From an uncultured bacterium (GTDB taxonomy: Bacteria; Actinomycetota; Coriobacteriia; Coriobacteriales; Eggerthellaceae), in NCBI GenBank assembly GCA_947564525.1, contig CANOCK010000001.1, positions 6,992 through 70,991 of the forward strand: a stretch of DNA of 64,000 bases. The letters run 5' to 3'. This document shows, piece after piece, positions 55,244 through 64,000 of the stretch; position 1 is the first letter of the stretch; every line of letters starts with the position of its first letter. Under the pieces are notes generated by a model. That model was not told the origin of the DNA, ran no database searches, and worked only from the letters and a program-made list of their open reading frames with translations. A program made the position numbers and the translations under genes.

Positions 55244-57952
55244 ATGGAGGGGCAGGCGAAGGTGGGGAAGGGGCGCCAGGCGCTCGCGATGGCGCTGGCG
55301 CTGCTGCTGGCGGCGACGATGACGCCGCTGGTTGCCCAGGGGGCGCCGGCAGCTGCGGCGCCGGAGGGCGCCCAGGAGGAGCCGGCGCTGCCCGATGGCG
55401 AGCCTGAGGAGGGCGACGGCCTTCCGGGCGGCATCGACGAGGGCGCGGGCGACGCCGAGGAGCCGGCGCCGCAGCCCGTTCCCGGGGACGATGCCGTCGA
55501 GGCTCCCGGCTCTTCCGAGGGCGAAGGCGCCGGGGACGATGCCGCCGAGGCGGACGAGCCCGACGCGGAGGATGACGGCGACCAGGCCGCCGAGGAGGAC
55601 CTGGCGCCCCTGAAGGCGCGCCCGGCCCCCTTGGAGGCGGGCATCTACGTGATCCAGCCGGCCTCCTCGGCCACCCGCGTGCTCGACGTGGCCGACGGCG
55701 CCCCGGTGGACGGCGCCAACGTGCGCCTGTGGCCCTCGAACATGGCCGGCGCCCAGCGCTTCGCGGTGAGCGTGGACGCGCTCGGCTACTACACCATCCG
55801 CTGCGTGGGCACCGACCGGGTGCTCGACGTCGAGGGCGCGAGCACGGCCCCGGGCACCAACGTGCACCAGTACGCCGCCAATGGCTCCCGGGCCCAGCAG
55901 TGGTCGTTGGCCGACCAGGGCGACGGCACCTTCGCCATCCAGAGCGCCCTCGGCCATGACCTGGTGCTCGACGTGAACGGCGGGGGAGATTGGGATGGCG
56001 TGAACGTCCACGTGTGGACCGCCAACGGCTCGGCGGCCCAGCGCTTCCTCTTCCGTCCCGTGGCGCCCGAGGTGACGGGCGGCCGCACCATCGCCGATGG
56101 CATCTACACCGTGCGCGGCGTGGCCTCGGGCAAGGCGGTGGACGTCGCCGGCGCGTCGCTGGCCCACGGGGCCGCAGCCCAGCTCTACGATCCCAACGGC
56201 ACCTTCGCCCAGATGTTCTCGGTGAAGCTGCAAGACGACGGCTTCTACACCTTGCAGGCCGTGCATTCCGGCAAGTACCTCGACGTGGACAACGGCAGCG
56301 TGGTGCCCGGCGCCAAGGTGCAGCAGTGGACCGGCCTGACCGACAGCCAGCGCTGGGCCATCCAGCGGGCCGAGGACGGCGCCTGGACGCTGCTGTGCAA
56401 GGCCAACGGCCTGGCCCTGGACGCCAAGGGCAACGGCGCCGCCAACGGCACGCCGCTGCAGACCTACACCCCCAATGGCACCACGGCCCAGGCGTGGCAG
56501 CTGGATCCGGTGGAGGCCATGCTGTCCGAGGGCGTCTACGCCGTGCGCTCCAACCTGCCGGGCCGTCGCGTGGTGGACGTCTCGGGCGGCGCGATGGCCG
56601 CGGGCGCCAACGTGCAGGCGTGGTCGTGGAACGGCTCGCCGGCCCAGCGCTGGCGCGTCACTGCGGAGGGCAACGGCGCCTACGCCCTGGAGTCGCTGTG
56701 CTCGGGGCTGCTGCTCACCGACCAAGAGGGCAACGCCGTGCAAGCGCCGGCGGACGGATCCGCCGCCCAGCGCTGGCGCGTGGTGCCGGCCGAAGCGGGC
56801 GGGGTGGCCCTGGTGAGCGAGGGGTCGGGCCTGGCCTTGGACGTGGCGGGCGCCGACGACCGCGATGGCGCGAACCTGGGCACCTACGAGCTGAACGGCA
56901 CCCTGGCCCAGTCCTTCGTCTTCGAGCCCACGGCCGTGATCGGCGAGGGCGTCTACGAGCTCACCTTCGCCGCTGGCGGGCGGGCCCTCGACGTGGCCGG
57001 CGCCTCGCGCACCGCCGGCGCCAACGTGCAGGCGTGGGCCGCCAACGGCACCGGCGCCCAGACCTGGAGCCTGCGCGATGTGGGCGATGGTTGGTTCGTG
57101 CTGGAGAACTGCCGCTCCCGCAAGGCCCTGGACGTGAAGGACTACGGCACCGCGCCTGGCACCAACGTGCAGCAGTGGCACAGCGAGGGCACCAACGCCC
57201 AGCGCTGGCGCGTCGAGTACGCTGGCGGCGGCCGCTACCAGCTGATCTCGGCCTGCGGGGGGATGGCGCTGTCGGTGGCCGACGACGGCGGCTGGGACGG
57301 CGCCAACGTGCAGCTGGCCGCGCCGGACGCCAGCTCGCCCTCGCAGCTGGTGCGCCTGGCCCGCACCACCTACGTGCCCATCAACTTCGAGGACTGCATC
57401 GCGTCGTTCACCACCTGGTCCACCAACAGCTGGAACGGCACCTTCAACATGCAGCGGGCGCTGAACTCCTTCAACGGCCACGTGATCTGGCCGGGGCAGA
57501 CCATGTCGTTCTTCGCCGTGGCAGGCCCGTGCGGCGCGGCCCAGGGCTACCTGCCCGGCGGTGTCGTGGGCGGCGTGGGCTACGGCGGCGGCATCTGCCA
57601 GGCCTCCACGACGCTCTACGGCGGCACGCTGCGCGCGGGCCTGACCATCGTGGAGCGGCGCAACCACAGCGTGCCCTCCACCTACGTGCCCATCGGCCTG
57701 GACGCCATGGTCAACTACGGCTCGTCGGACTTCCGCGTGCGCAACGACTACGACTTCCCCGTGAAGCTGGTCACCTACACGCCGGGCAACCAGCTGACCG
57801 TGGAGGTGTGGGGCATCCAGCCCGAGTGGTTCGACTGGGTGGAGGCCGACTCCTGGCGCACGGGCAGCCGCTCCGCCGCCGCCCAGCGCCGCTTCGTCAA
57901 GGACGGCCAGACCGTCCGCACCGAGCGCCTGTCGAACTCCTACTACTGGTAG
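55244..57952 (+). CDS. Secreted protein: signal peptide, acidic linker, four ricin-B (beta-trefoil) lectin domains and a C-terminal VanW domain
   Basis: The signal peptide is ALAMALALLLAATMTPLVAQGAP. An ~80-aa D/E/P-rich linker follows. Twelve QxW/QxF-type subrepeats are present (AQRF, AQQW, SQRW, AQAW, AQRW and others). The VanW core is GGGICQASTTLYGGTLRAGLTIVERRNHSVPSTYVPIGLDAMVNYGSSDFRVRNDYDFPVKL. Confidence 0.88.
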   Translation: MEGQAKVGKGRQALAMALALLLAATMTPLVAQGAPAAAAPEGAQEEPALPDGEPEEGDGLPGGIDEGAGDAEEPAPQPVPGDDAVEAPGSSEGEGAGDDAAEADEPDAEDDGDQAAEEDLAPLKARPAPLEAGIYVIQPASSATRVLDVADGAPVDGANVRLWPSNMAGAQRFAVSVDALGYYTIRCVGTDRVLDVEGASTAPGTNVHQYAANGSRAQQWSLADQGDGTFAIQSALGHDLVLDVNGGGDWDGVNVHVWTANGSAAQRFLFRPVAPEVTGGRTIADGIYTVRGVASGKAVDVAGASLAHGAAAQLYDPNGTFAQMFSVKLQDDGFYTLQAVHSGKYLDVDNGSVVPGAKVQQWTGLTDSQRWAIQRAEDGAWTLLCKANGLALDAKGNGAANGTPLQTYTPNGTTAQAWQLDPVEAMLSEGVYAVRSNLPGRRVVDVSGGAMAAGANVQAWSWNGSPAQRWRVTAEGNGAYALESLCSGLLLTDQEGNAVQAPADGSAAQRWRVVPAEAGGVALVSEGSGLALDVAGADDRDGANLGTYELNGTLAQSFVFEPTAVIGEGVYELTFAAGGRALDVAGASRTAGANVQAWAANGTGAQTWSLRDVGDGWFVLENCRSRKALDVKDYGTAPGTNVQQWHSEGTNAQRWRVEYAGGGRYQLISACGGMALSVADDGGWDGANVQLAAPDASSPSQLVRLARTTYVPINFEDCIASFTTWSTNSWNGTFNMQRALNSFNGHVIWPGQTMSFFAVAGPCGAAQGYLPGGVVGGVGYGGGICQASTTLYGGTLRAGLTIVERRNHSVPSTYVPIGLDAMVNYGSSDFRVRNDYDFPVKLVTYTPGNQLTVEVWGIQPEWFDWVEADSWRTGSRSAAAQRRFVKDGQTVRTERLSNSYYW

Positions 57953-58001
57953 GGCCGGAAGGGCCGGGCGCCCTCGGCGCTCTAAGCTCCCCAGCACCGA
58001 C

Positions 58002-58035
58002 GGAAGGGCCGCCTCCCCACGGAGGCGGCCCTTCC
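58002..58035 (+). terminator. Strong terminator hairpin after the ricin/VanW gene
   Basis: GGAAGGGCCGCCTCC-CCAC-GGAGGCGGCCCTTCC, a 15-bp perfect stem, followed by TGCTT. Confidence 0.65.
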
Positions 58036-58141
58036 TGCTTGGCGGCCCCTGCGGTTGCCGCGCCCCGGCTGCGCCGGTCGCCCGCCGCGCTCCTGGGCGC
58101 AGCTCCTGGCGCCCCGCTGCCGACGGTCGGCGCGTGTCGGG

Positions 58142-58157
58142 CCAGTGGCGCCACTGG
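58142..58157. promoter_or_regulatory. Perfect 16-bp palindrome, a possible regulator binding site
   Basis: CCAGTGGCGCCACTGG lies about 200 bp upstream of the candidate promoter of the first SLH gene. Confidence 0.3.
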
Positions 58158-58343
58158 GCGGTTGTGAACAGGGTGTGGAGGGTTTGCGGCCCTTGCCGGT
58201 GCCGCTTCGGCCGTGGGGAGACTAGGGCATGAAAGCGCAGGTACGGACTACTATATATAGTGTGGGGAGCGCCCAGAAACGCCACTTGTTGGAAAAAAGG
58301 CAGTTAGATTCGCGCCAAAAGCGAAAAAAGGCTTCCATTTGAA

Positions 58344-58360
58344 GAAAGCGCAGGTATAAT
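58344..58360 (+). promoter_or_regulatory. Candidate promoter of the first SLH-protein gene
   Basis: GAAAGCGCAGGTATAAT, with TATAAT at 58355-58360. It gives a ~130-nt AT-rich leader ending in AAAGGAGACGGAGT-ATG. The 13-mer GAAAGCGCAGGTA also occurs at 58231-58243, upstream of a TATATA box. Confidence 0.45.
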
Positions 58361-58496
58361 GTAACAAGCTAAAGACGCGGATGCACTATGCCAAAACAAC
58401 GTTTCGCCTGCATACAGCACATTTTCGGGCGAGGTGGCAGGTCTCTGTGTTTTAGGGCAACAAATACTCCCAACAGTAATTGAAAGGAGACGGAGT

Positions 58497-61160
58497 ATGA
58501 CAGCTTGCAAGGACTCCCAGGCTACCTCTGGGAAGAAGGCGGTGAGCGCCACCCTGGCCGGCGTGCTCGCCGTGGGGCTCGTGCCCGCCGTGGCGCTGGC
58601 CGACGAGGCAGTGGAGGTGACCGAGGAGGACGGCATCACCGAGCGCATCGTCACCCCGGCCCAGGCCTTCGCCGCGGGCACGTGGACGAAGTACTGGGAT
58701 GGTGCCGAGAAGACTCTCGCAGCTGGCGCCTCCATCGCCGTTGCCTACACCGGCAGCGCCGTGACCGTCATCCCGCAGTCCATCCAGGTCGAGAGCGCTG
58801 CCGCCACTGGTGGCCAGATCGACGTGCCCGTCTCCGCTTCTGGCACCATGAGCGCCGGCTACACGGTGAAGTACTACGCCGCCGACGCCAACGGCAACAA
58901 GACCGGCGCCGCGCTGGCCTCCGTCGTGAAGCCCGGCAGGTACGTGGCCGAGGTCACCGCCGACTCCACCACCCCCTACGCCGGTGGCGTGGCCGCGCTT
59001 CCGTTCACGGTGTCCGCTGGCGAGTTCGACGACTCCACCATCGTGGTGTACGAGGTCAACCCCAAGGACGCCTCTGACGTCACCGACACCAGCTTCATGT
59101 TCACCGGCAACAACCTGAGCGTCGGCGTCACCCTGGACGACACCGCTGGCACCACCCTCAAGCAGGGCACGGACTACACGGTCAAGTTCCTCCCGGCCCA
59201 CTCCTCCGTCGACGCCCCTGGCGTGACGATCCGCGACGCCGGCAGCTACTACGCCGTCATCACCGGCGTGGGCACCTACGCCGGCCAGTTCGCGACCACG
59301 TCTCCCTTCACGGTCGCCCCGTTCGACCTGAGCGCGGCCACCATCGCCCCGATCACCGTGGTCAACAGCAACGCCATCCCCTCCGTCGCCTCCGTCAAGG
59401 CCGCCGACGGCACCGAGCTCAACCCGAGCCTGGTCAAGCTGACCGACATCCAGACCGCGCCCCCGACCCCCGGCTCTGCGGGCACGGCCGCTGGCGACAA
59501 GGTGTTCAACCTGCTCGGCACCTACACCTTCAGCGTGATGCCGGTGACGCTGCCCAACGCCAACTTCGCCGACCCGGCGGCCGCCGTCAAGCCCGGCACC
59601 GCCACGGTGACCAAGGTCGGCGCCGCCGCCACCTACAAGTACAACGGCGCCGCGTTGCCCAGCACGTTCACCACGAACCTCTCCGACATGAACTCGGCCG
59701 CGTTCAACGTGAACAACATCGAGGTGCTCAACGGCGCGACGAAGCTGACCGTCACCACCAACTACACCGTGACCGTCACGAAGGACGGCGCCGCCTACAC
59801 CGTGCCGGCTGACGGCCTGCTTGACGAGGCTGGCGTCTACGAGGTGACCGTGGCCACCAAGCCCGACAGCCTCAGCTACGCCGTGGGCGGCGAGGCCAAG
59901 GTGACCGTGACCGTCACCGAGGGCACCGTCAACGCCGACGCGAGCGCCTACATCAACTACAACGGCGCCCCCATCAGCTCCCTGACCGTCCCCTACGATG
60001 GCACCGGCATCGCCCAGAACGCCTTCACCCCGGTGGTCGTGCTCGGCGACAAGGAGCTCACCGCTGGCACCGACTACAAGATGATCTTCACCGATGCCGA
60101 GGGCAAGGACATCACCGGCGCAGGCAACCTGGTCAACGCCGGCACCTACACCATCACCCTCGAGGGCATCACCTGCACCATCACGGGCAACAAGAGCATC
60201 ACCGTGACCATCTCCAAGGTGGACCTGACCCAGATCCAGCTGAGCGGCACGGGCATCGAGGCCTCCGCCTTCGACAAGAACTACAGCTACATCGACACCA
60301 CCTCCGCCGTCACGCTCGACTCCTCCCTGGTGAAGTACAACGCCGAGGCGGACAAGACCGCTGACCCGGACTGGCAGGCCCTTCCGGCCGGCGTGGACGC
60401 CACCTGGCAGATGAAGAACGACGAGGGCGAGTGGGAGACGGTCACGACCGCTGCCCAGGACAGCACCGGCGAGTACCGCGTCGTGCTGACCCCCTCCACT
60501 GACACGGTGAAGGCCAACTACACCTTCGCCTCTGACGAGGGCACCATCGTCTACATCTCCGCGGGGCTCAAGGCGTCCTTCGTGTTCGCCGACGTGACCC
60601 CGGGCAGCTGGTACTTCGACGTGGTGGCCCAGGCCAAGGCCGACAGCCTGATGAACGGCTACAACGGCACCGACCTGTTCGGCCCCAACGACACCATCAC
60701 CCGCGGCCAGGTGGCCTGCGTGCTGTTCAACATGGCCGGCGGAAGCTCGTCCATGGACGACAGCCAGTACGACGAGAACAAGGGCTGGGTCTCCTTCTCC
60801 GACGTCGATGGCAAGATGTACTACGGCCAGGCCATCGCCTGGGCGAAGAACGCAGGCGTCGTGCATGGCTACGCCGGCACCGACGACTTCCGTCCCGATG
60901 CCACCATCACCCGCGAGGAGTTCGCGGCCATGCTCGCGAACTACGCCGTGAAGAACGGCAGCGCCCTGCCGAGCGATGTCGATGCCCTGCTGGCCGACAA
61001 GTCCGACGGCAGCACCGTCTCCGATTGGGCCAAGGCCTCCGTGGCCTGGGCGGTCCAGAACAAGGTCATGGGCAACGGCGGGTTCATCGCCCCGTTCAGC
61101 AACACCACCCGCGCGGAGACCGCGGCCATGGTCGTGAACTACGACAACAGCGTCAAGTAG
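58497..61160 (+). CDS. Cell-surface (S-layer candidate) protein: signal peptide, repeated Ig-like modules and three C-terminal SLH domains
   Basis: The signal peptide is AVSATLAGVLAVGLVPAVALADEA. Repeated modules follow the pattern GTDYTVKF...AGSYYAVITGVGTYAG and GTDYKMIF...AGTYTITLEG. The SLH triplet spans 60585-61157 (FADVTPGSWYF...; FSDVDGKMYYGQAIAWA...; VSDWAKASVAWAV...). Confidence 0.9.
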   Translation: MTACKDSQATSGKKAVSATLAGVLAVGLVPAVALADEAVEVTEEDGITERIVTPAQAFAAGTWTKYWDGAEKTLAAGASIAVAYTGSAVTVIPQSIQVESAAATGGQIDVPVSASGTMSAGYTVKYYAADANGNKTGAALASVVKPGRYVAEVTADSTTPYAGGVAALPFTVSAGEFDDSTIVVYEVNPKDASDVTDTSFMFTGNNLSVGVTLDDTAGTTLKQGTDYTVKFLPAHSSVDAPGVTIRDAGSYYAVITGVGTYAGQFATTSPFTVAPFDLSAATIAPITVVNSNAIPSVASVKAADGTELNPSLVKLTDIQTAPPTPGSAGTAAGDKVFNLLGTYTFSVMPVTLPNANFADPAAAVKPGTATVTKVGAAATYKYNGAALPSTFTTNLSDMNSAAFNVNNIEVLNGATKLTVTTNYTVTVTKDGAAYTVPADGLLDEAGVYEVTVATKPDSLSYAVGGEAKVTVTVTEGTVNADASAYINYNGAPISSLTVPYDGTGIAQNAFTPVVVLGDKELTAGTDYKMIFTDAEGKDITGAGNLVNAGTYTITLEGITCTITGNKSITVTISKVDLTQIQLSGTGIEASAFDKNYSYIDTTSAVTLDSSLVKYNAEADKTADPDWQALPAGVDATWQMKNDEGEWETVTTAAQDSTGEYRVVLTPSTDTVKANYTFASDEGTIVYISAGLKASFVFADVTPGSWYFDVVAQAKADSLMNGYNGTDLFGPNDTITRGQVACVLFNMAGGSSSMDDSQYDENKGWVSFSDVDGKMYYGQAIAWAKNAGVVHGYAGTDDFRPDATITREEFAAMLANYAVKNGSALPSDVDALLADKSDGSTVSDWAKASVAWAVQNKVMGNGGFIAPFSNTTRAETAAMVVNYDNSVK

Positions 61161-61203
61161 GTCGCGCCAACCCTTACCTGGCAGTTAGCTGCCAAGGCGG
61201 ACG

Positions 61204-61225
61204 GAGGGCCCGCATGGGCCCTCCA
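61204..61225 (+). terminator. Terminator hairpin after the first SLH gene
   Basis: GGAGGGCCC-GCAT-GGGCCCTCC. A second long hairpin, AGAGGCCCC...GGGGCCTCT, at 61289-61321 is followed by TTCC. Confidence 0.55.
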
Positions 61226-61259
61226 GAGGCCCGAAGCGGCTTTCTGAAGAAGCGTTTAT

Positions 61260-61421
61260 GCAAGCTGTCGCATAATGCTCTGTCGTGGAGAGGCCCCATC
61301 CTCGGAGAGGACGGGGCCTCTTCCGCGCCTTGGAGGCCATGGGCGCCCCATCGCGCAGGAAGGCCCCCGCTCGCAGGAGCGGGGACCTTCCCTCAAACGG
61401 AGCCTTAGTGCGACAGCTTGC
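61260..61421. repeat. 13-bp perfect inverted repeat bracketing the inter-SLH terminator region
   Basis: GCAAGCTGTCGCA (61260-61272) pairs with TGCGACAGCTTGC (61409-61421). The pair encloses 136 bp that contain two hairpins. Confidence 0.85.
61358..61391 (-). terminator. Terminator hairpin after the second (minus-strand) SLH gene
   Basis: GGAAGGCCCCCGCTC-GCAG-GAGCGGGGACCTTCC, a 15-bp stem with one mismatch. It lies about 60 nt downstream of the minus-strand stop at 61451. Confidence 0.55.
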
Positions 61422-61450
61422 TCTTAGGCTTTCCCGAAGAGCCGCGGCAC

Positions 61451-64000
61451 CTACTTGATGATGGTGTCCGGCTTCTCAGGCTGGTAGTTGACGGCCATGG
61501 CAGCCGTCTCGGCGCGGCTGATCTGGTTCATCGGGTCGATGACGCCGCCGTTGCCCATGACCTTGGCCTGCACGGCCCAGGCCACGCTCTCGCGCGCCCA
61601 GTCGGACACAGCGCTGCCGTCGGGCATGGAGGCCAGCACCGCAGCGACGTCCACGTCGGTGAACTTGCCGGCCTTCTTGGCGTAGTTGGCCAGCATGGCC
61701 GCGAACTGCTCGCGGGTGATGTTCTGGTCGGGCCCGAACTGGTCGGTGCCGGCGAAGCCGTTGATCACGCCCATCTGCTTGGCCCAGGCGATCGGCTTGG
61801 CGTAGTACATGTGGCCGTCCACGTCGGAGAAGCCGGTCACCACGCCCTTGTTCTCGTCATAGCCGGGGTTGAACTCCAGGTCGTTGCCGCCAGCCATGTT
61901 GTACAGCACGCAGGCCACCTGGCCGCGGGTGATGCGGTCGTTGGGGCCGAAGGTCTGGGACCATGCGTAGCCGTTCATGTAGTCCAGCTCGACGGCCTTG
62001 TAGACCGGGGTGGAGTACCAGGCGTCGGCCGGCACGTCGATGAACACGTCGCCGTCGTTGACCACGAGGATGAACGGGTTAGGAGTGCTGGCCTGCACGC
62101 TGTAGTTGTCCTTGTTGGAGGCATCGGCCAAGGTGACCTTGTAAGTGCCTGCCTCGTTGATGGCGTCGACGGCCTTGAAGGGACCCGTCGCAGCGTCGCC
62201 CTGCTTCTCGGCGTACTCGTAGGACATGCTGTAGGAGTCGGCCGGCACCTCCACCTTGTCGCCATCGGCGTTCTCGAAGGTGAACGTCGGGGCGATGTCC
62301 GAGCCGGTGTAGAACAGCGTCGGATAGGTAGTGCCGCTGTAGTTGACCTTCACGCTATCCTTGGCGTCGACTGGAGTGACGGCCATGGGGCTCACCGTGA
62401 GGGTGATGACGTTGCCTGCAGCTTCGAAGGAGTACTTGTCGGACTTCACGGTGATGGTGTAGGTGCCCGCGTCCAGCACCTGATCGACGGCCTTGCCGTC
62501 CTTGGTGATGGCGACGGTGTACTCGGAGGCCGGGACGTCCTTGCCGTCGAACTTGACATTGGTGCCGATGACGATGGGCGAGCCGGTGTACTCCACGGAC
62601 GGGGTGGCGCCATCGAGCAGCTTGCCGTCAGCGGTGAAAGCGATGTTCGCGCCCTTGACCTCACCGTAGGTCACGGTCACGTCCATGGTGTTGGACTTGC
62701 CTGCGAAGGCGTAGGCCGGGTCGGTGTTGGCCGGGTCGATGACCACGGAGAGCTTGTAGGAGCCCTTGTTGGCCAGGCCGGCCACGCCCACGTCGTTGCC
62801 CTCGGAGTCGAGCACCTGGATGGTGTACACGGAGGAGTCGAGGGCCTCGCCCGCAGCGTCGGTGACCTCGATCAGCGAGCTGTCCCACTTGTTGTAGATG
62901 GGAGCGGTCGGCTTCTTGGCCGAGTAGTCGATGGTGATTTTCTCCACGCCTGTAATCGCTACGCCAATCGCTTTGCCGCCGAACGTGAAGTTGTCCGCAG
63001 CGAGAGGGGTGTCGTTCGTCACCACGTTCAGCGTGCCCGAGGCCGTGCCGGTGAAGGAGCCGGCCAGGGCGGCTGCGTTGTCGGCGGTGCTCGGGATGTC
63101 GGGGGTGAAGGTCACGGCATAGCCGCCGACGGTCTTGGTGGTGAGGGAGCTCGGCTGGATGTAGTAGTCGATGTTGGGAGCAGTGCCTACCGCCAGGCCC
63201 AAATCCTCGAGCGTCAGGTCGTTCACCGTGGTGGTGTCGGCCAGGATGCTGCCCTCGGTGACGGCGCCGGTGGTCGGAACCTGCTGGGCCTTGTAGTACA
63301 CCTTGGCGCTGGAGAGGTTGAGCGGGGCGATGGTCAGGCTCTTCTCGATCTGCTTGTCGCCAGCATAGGCCGAGCTGGCCACGCCGTCGATGACCACGCG
63401 GTAGGTGCCCGCGTACTTGGGGCCAGTCGCCGTGATGTCGACGCCCTGGGAGTTGTAGATCTTGGCGGTGTAGTCGGTGCCGCTGGCGAGCTTCTTGCCA
63501 TCGAGCACCAGGTTGAGGTCGCCCTCAGCTGCGCCGAAGGCCCAAGCGGCGCCATCGTAGGTGAAGGTGGTATCGGAGAAGTCGGTGGCGTCGGCCTTCA
63601 CCTCGTAGAGGGTGGCGTTGGCCAGGCTGGTGGCCTGAGCGGTGAAGGTCAGGGCCTGCTTGACGACGGCGTCGCCAGAGGCAGTGACGGCGGCAACGAG
63701 CGCCCACTCGCCCGCGTCGATGCCGTCGCTCGGAACGGCGTCGGCGGCCACCTTGTTTGCCCAGTCGAGCTTCAGGGCCTTGCCGTCCTGGTCGACGAAG
63801 TTGGTGTTGGCGCCGGAAGCGCTGACGGGCACGTAGAACCAGCCGTTGCCCGTGCCGAGGTCCTTGACCTGGTTGGAGGCGCCCGTGGTGCCCTGGGGCT
63901 GGACGCCCGTGGGGACCAGGTAGTTGTTCGGGGCGGCGCTAGCCGGGAACTCCTGGCCAGCGGTCTGGCCGGCCTTCAGGACGATGGTGCCGTTCATGAT
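61451..64000 (-). CDS. Second SLH-domain surface protein, a paralog of 58497-61160; the N-terminus lies beyond the window end
   Basis: The frame is open to base 64000. It carries the same module pattern (GTDYTAKIYN...AGTYRVVIDG; AGTYTITVKS). The C-terminal SLH triplet spans about 61454-62047 (FIDVPADAWY...; FSDVDGHMYYAKPIAWA...; VSDWARESVAWAV...). Confidence 0.9.
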   Translation of the reverse strand: MMNGTIVLKAGQTAGQEFPASAAPNNYLVPTGVQPQGTTGASNQVKDLGTGNGWFYVPVSASGANTNFVDQDGKALKLDWANKVAADAVPSDGIDAGEWALVAAVTASGDAVVKQALTFTAQATSLANATLYEVKADATDFSDTTFTYDGAAWAFGAAEGDLNLVLDGKKLASGTDYTAKIYNSQGVDITATGPKYAGTYRVVIDGVASSAYAGDKQIEKSLTIAPLNLSSAKVYYKAQQVPTTGAVTEGSILADTTTVNDLTLEDLGLAVGTAPNIDYYIQPSSLTTKTVGGYAVTFTPDIPSTADNAAALAGSFTGTASGTLNVVTNDTPLAADNFTFGGKAIGVAITGVEKITIDYSAKKPTAPIYNKWDSSLIEVTDAAGEALDSSVYTIQVLDSEGNDVGVAGLANKGSYKLSVVIDPANTDPAYAFAGKSNTMDVTVTYGEVKGANIAFTADGKLLDGATPSVEYTGSPIVIGTNVKFDGKDVPASEYTVAITKDGKAVDQVLDAGTYTITVKSDKYSFEAAGNVITLTVSPMAVTPVDAKDSVKVNYSGTTYPTLFYTGSDIAPTFTFENADGDKVEVPADSYSMSYEYAEKQGDAATGPFKAVDAINEAGTYKVTLADASNKDNYSVQASTPNPFILVVNDGDVFIDVPADAWYSTPVYKAVELDYMNGYAWSQTFGPNDRITRGQVACVLYNMAGGNDLEFNPGYDENKGVVTGFSDVDGHMYYAKPIAWAKQMGVINGFAGTDQFGPDQNITREQFAAMLANYAKKAGKFTDVDVAAVLASMPDGSAVSDWARESVAWAVQAKVMGNGGVIDPMNQISRAETAAMAVNYQPEKPDTIIK

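Overview
High-G+C actinobacterial chromosome segment. Gene order, a rubredoxin and indolepyruvate:ferredoxin oxidoreductase suggest an anaerobic Coriobacteriia/Eggerthellaceae-like organism, but this is inference only. All calls come from reading the sequence and the ORF track; no searches were run. Start codons were chosen by RBS, gene overlap and family N-termini. G+C values are hand counts on a few 60-nt lines.

Layout:
- 1-9.5 kb: conserved block alaS-ruvX-mltG-yqeG-like HAD-aroE-aroC-aroK-aroB-aroQ-Xaa-Pro aminopeptidase.
- 9.5-17.8 kb: composite accessory segment. It holds a long structured leader, a 1225-aa secreted BspA-type LRR / Listeria-Bacteroides-repeat protein in visibly AT-richer DNA, and an AAA ATPase (AAA_14/DUF4143-type) pseudogene with two in-frame TGA codons. 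It also holds an IS256-family element whose 30-bp terminal inverted repeats I could locate, and about 1 kb of ORF-free, repeat-dense DNA. That DNA includes a nested four-unit palindrome and a family of long A/T-clamped hairpins.
- 17.8-34.8 kb: rubredoxin, a XerD-like recombinase and a complete dcw cluster, mraZ through ftsQ. A putative MraZ-box promoter precedes it. No ftsA or ftsZ follows.
- 34.9-54.5 kb: housekeeping genes galU, nhaC-family, moeA-moaB, alr, udg, corA, folC, hpf, nhaA, iorAB-paaK and a polar amino-acid ABC transporter.
- 54.7-64 kb: accessory cell-envelope locus. It holds a small two-gene cassette with a truncated second gene, a secreted 4x ricin-lectin + VanW protein, and two convergent paralogous proteins with triple C-terminal SLH domains (S-layer candidates).

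No rRNA, tRNA or CRISPR was seen. The most unusual parts are the 9.5-17.8 kb segment and the 54.7-64 kb envelope locus. I could not identify a coherent new multi-gene system with confidence.
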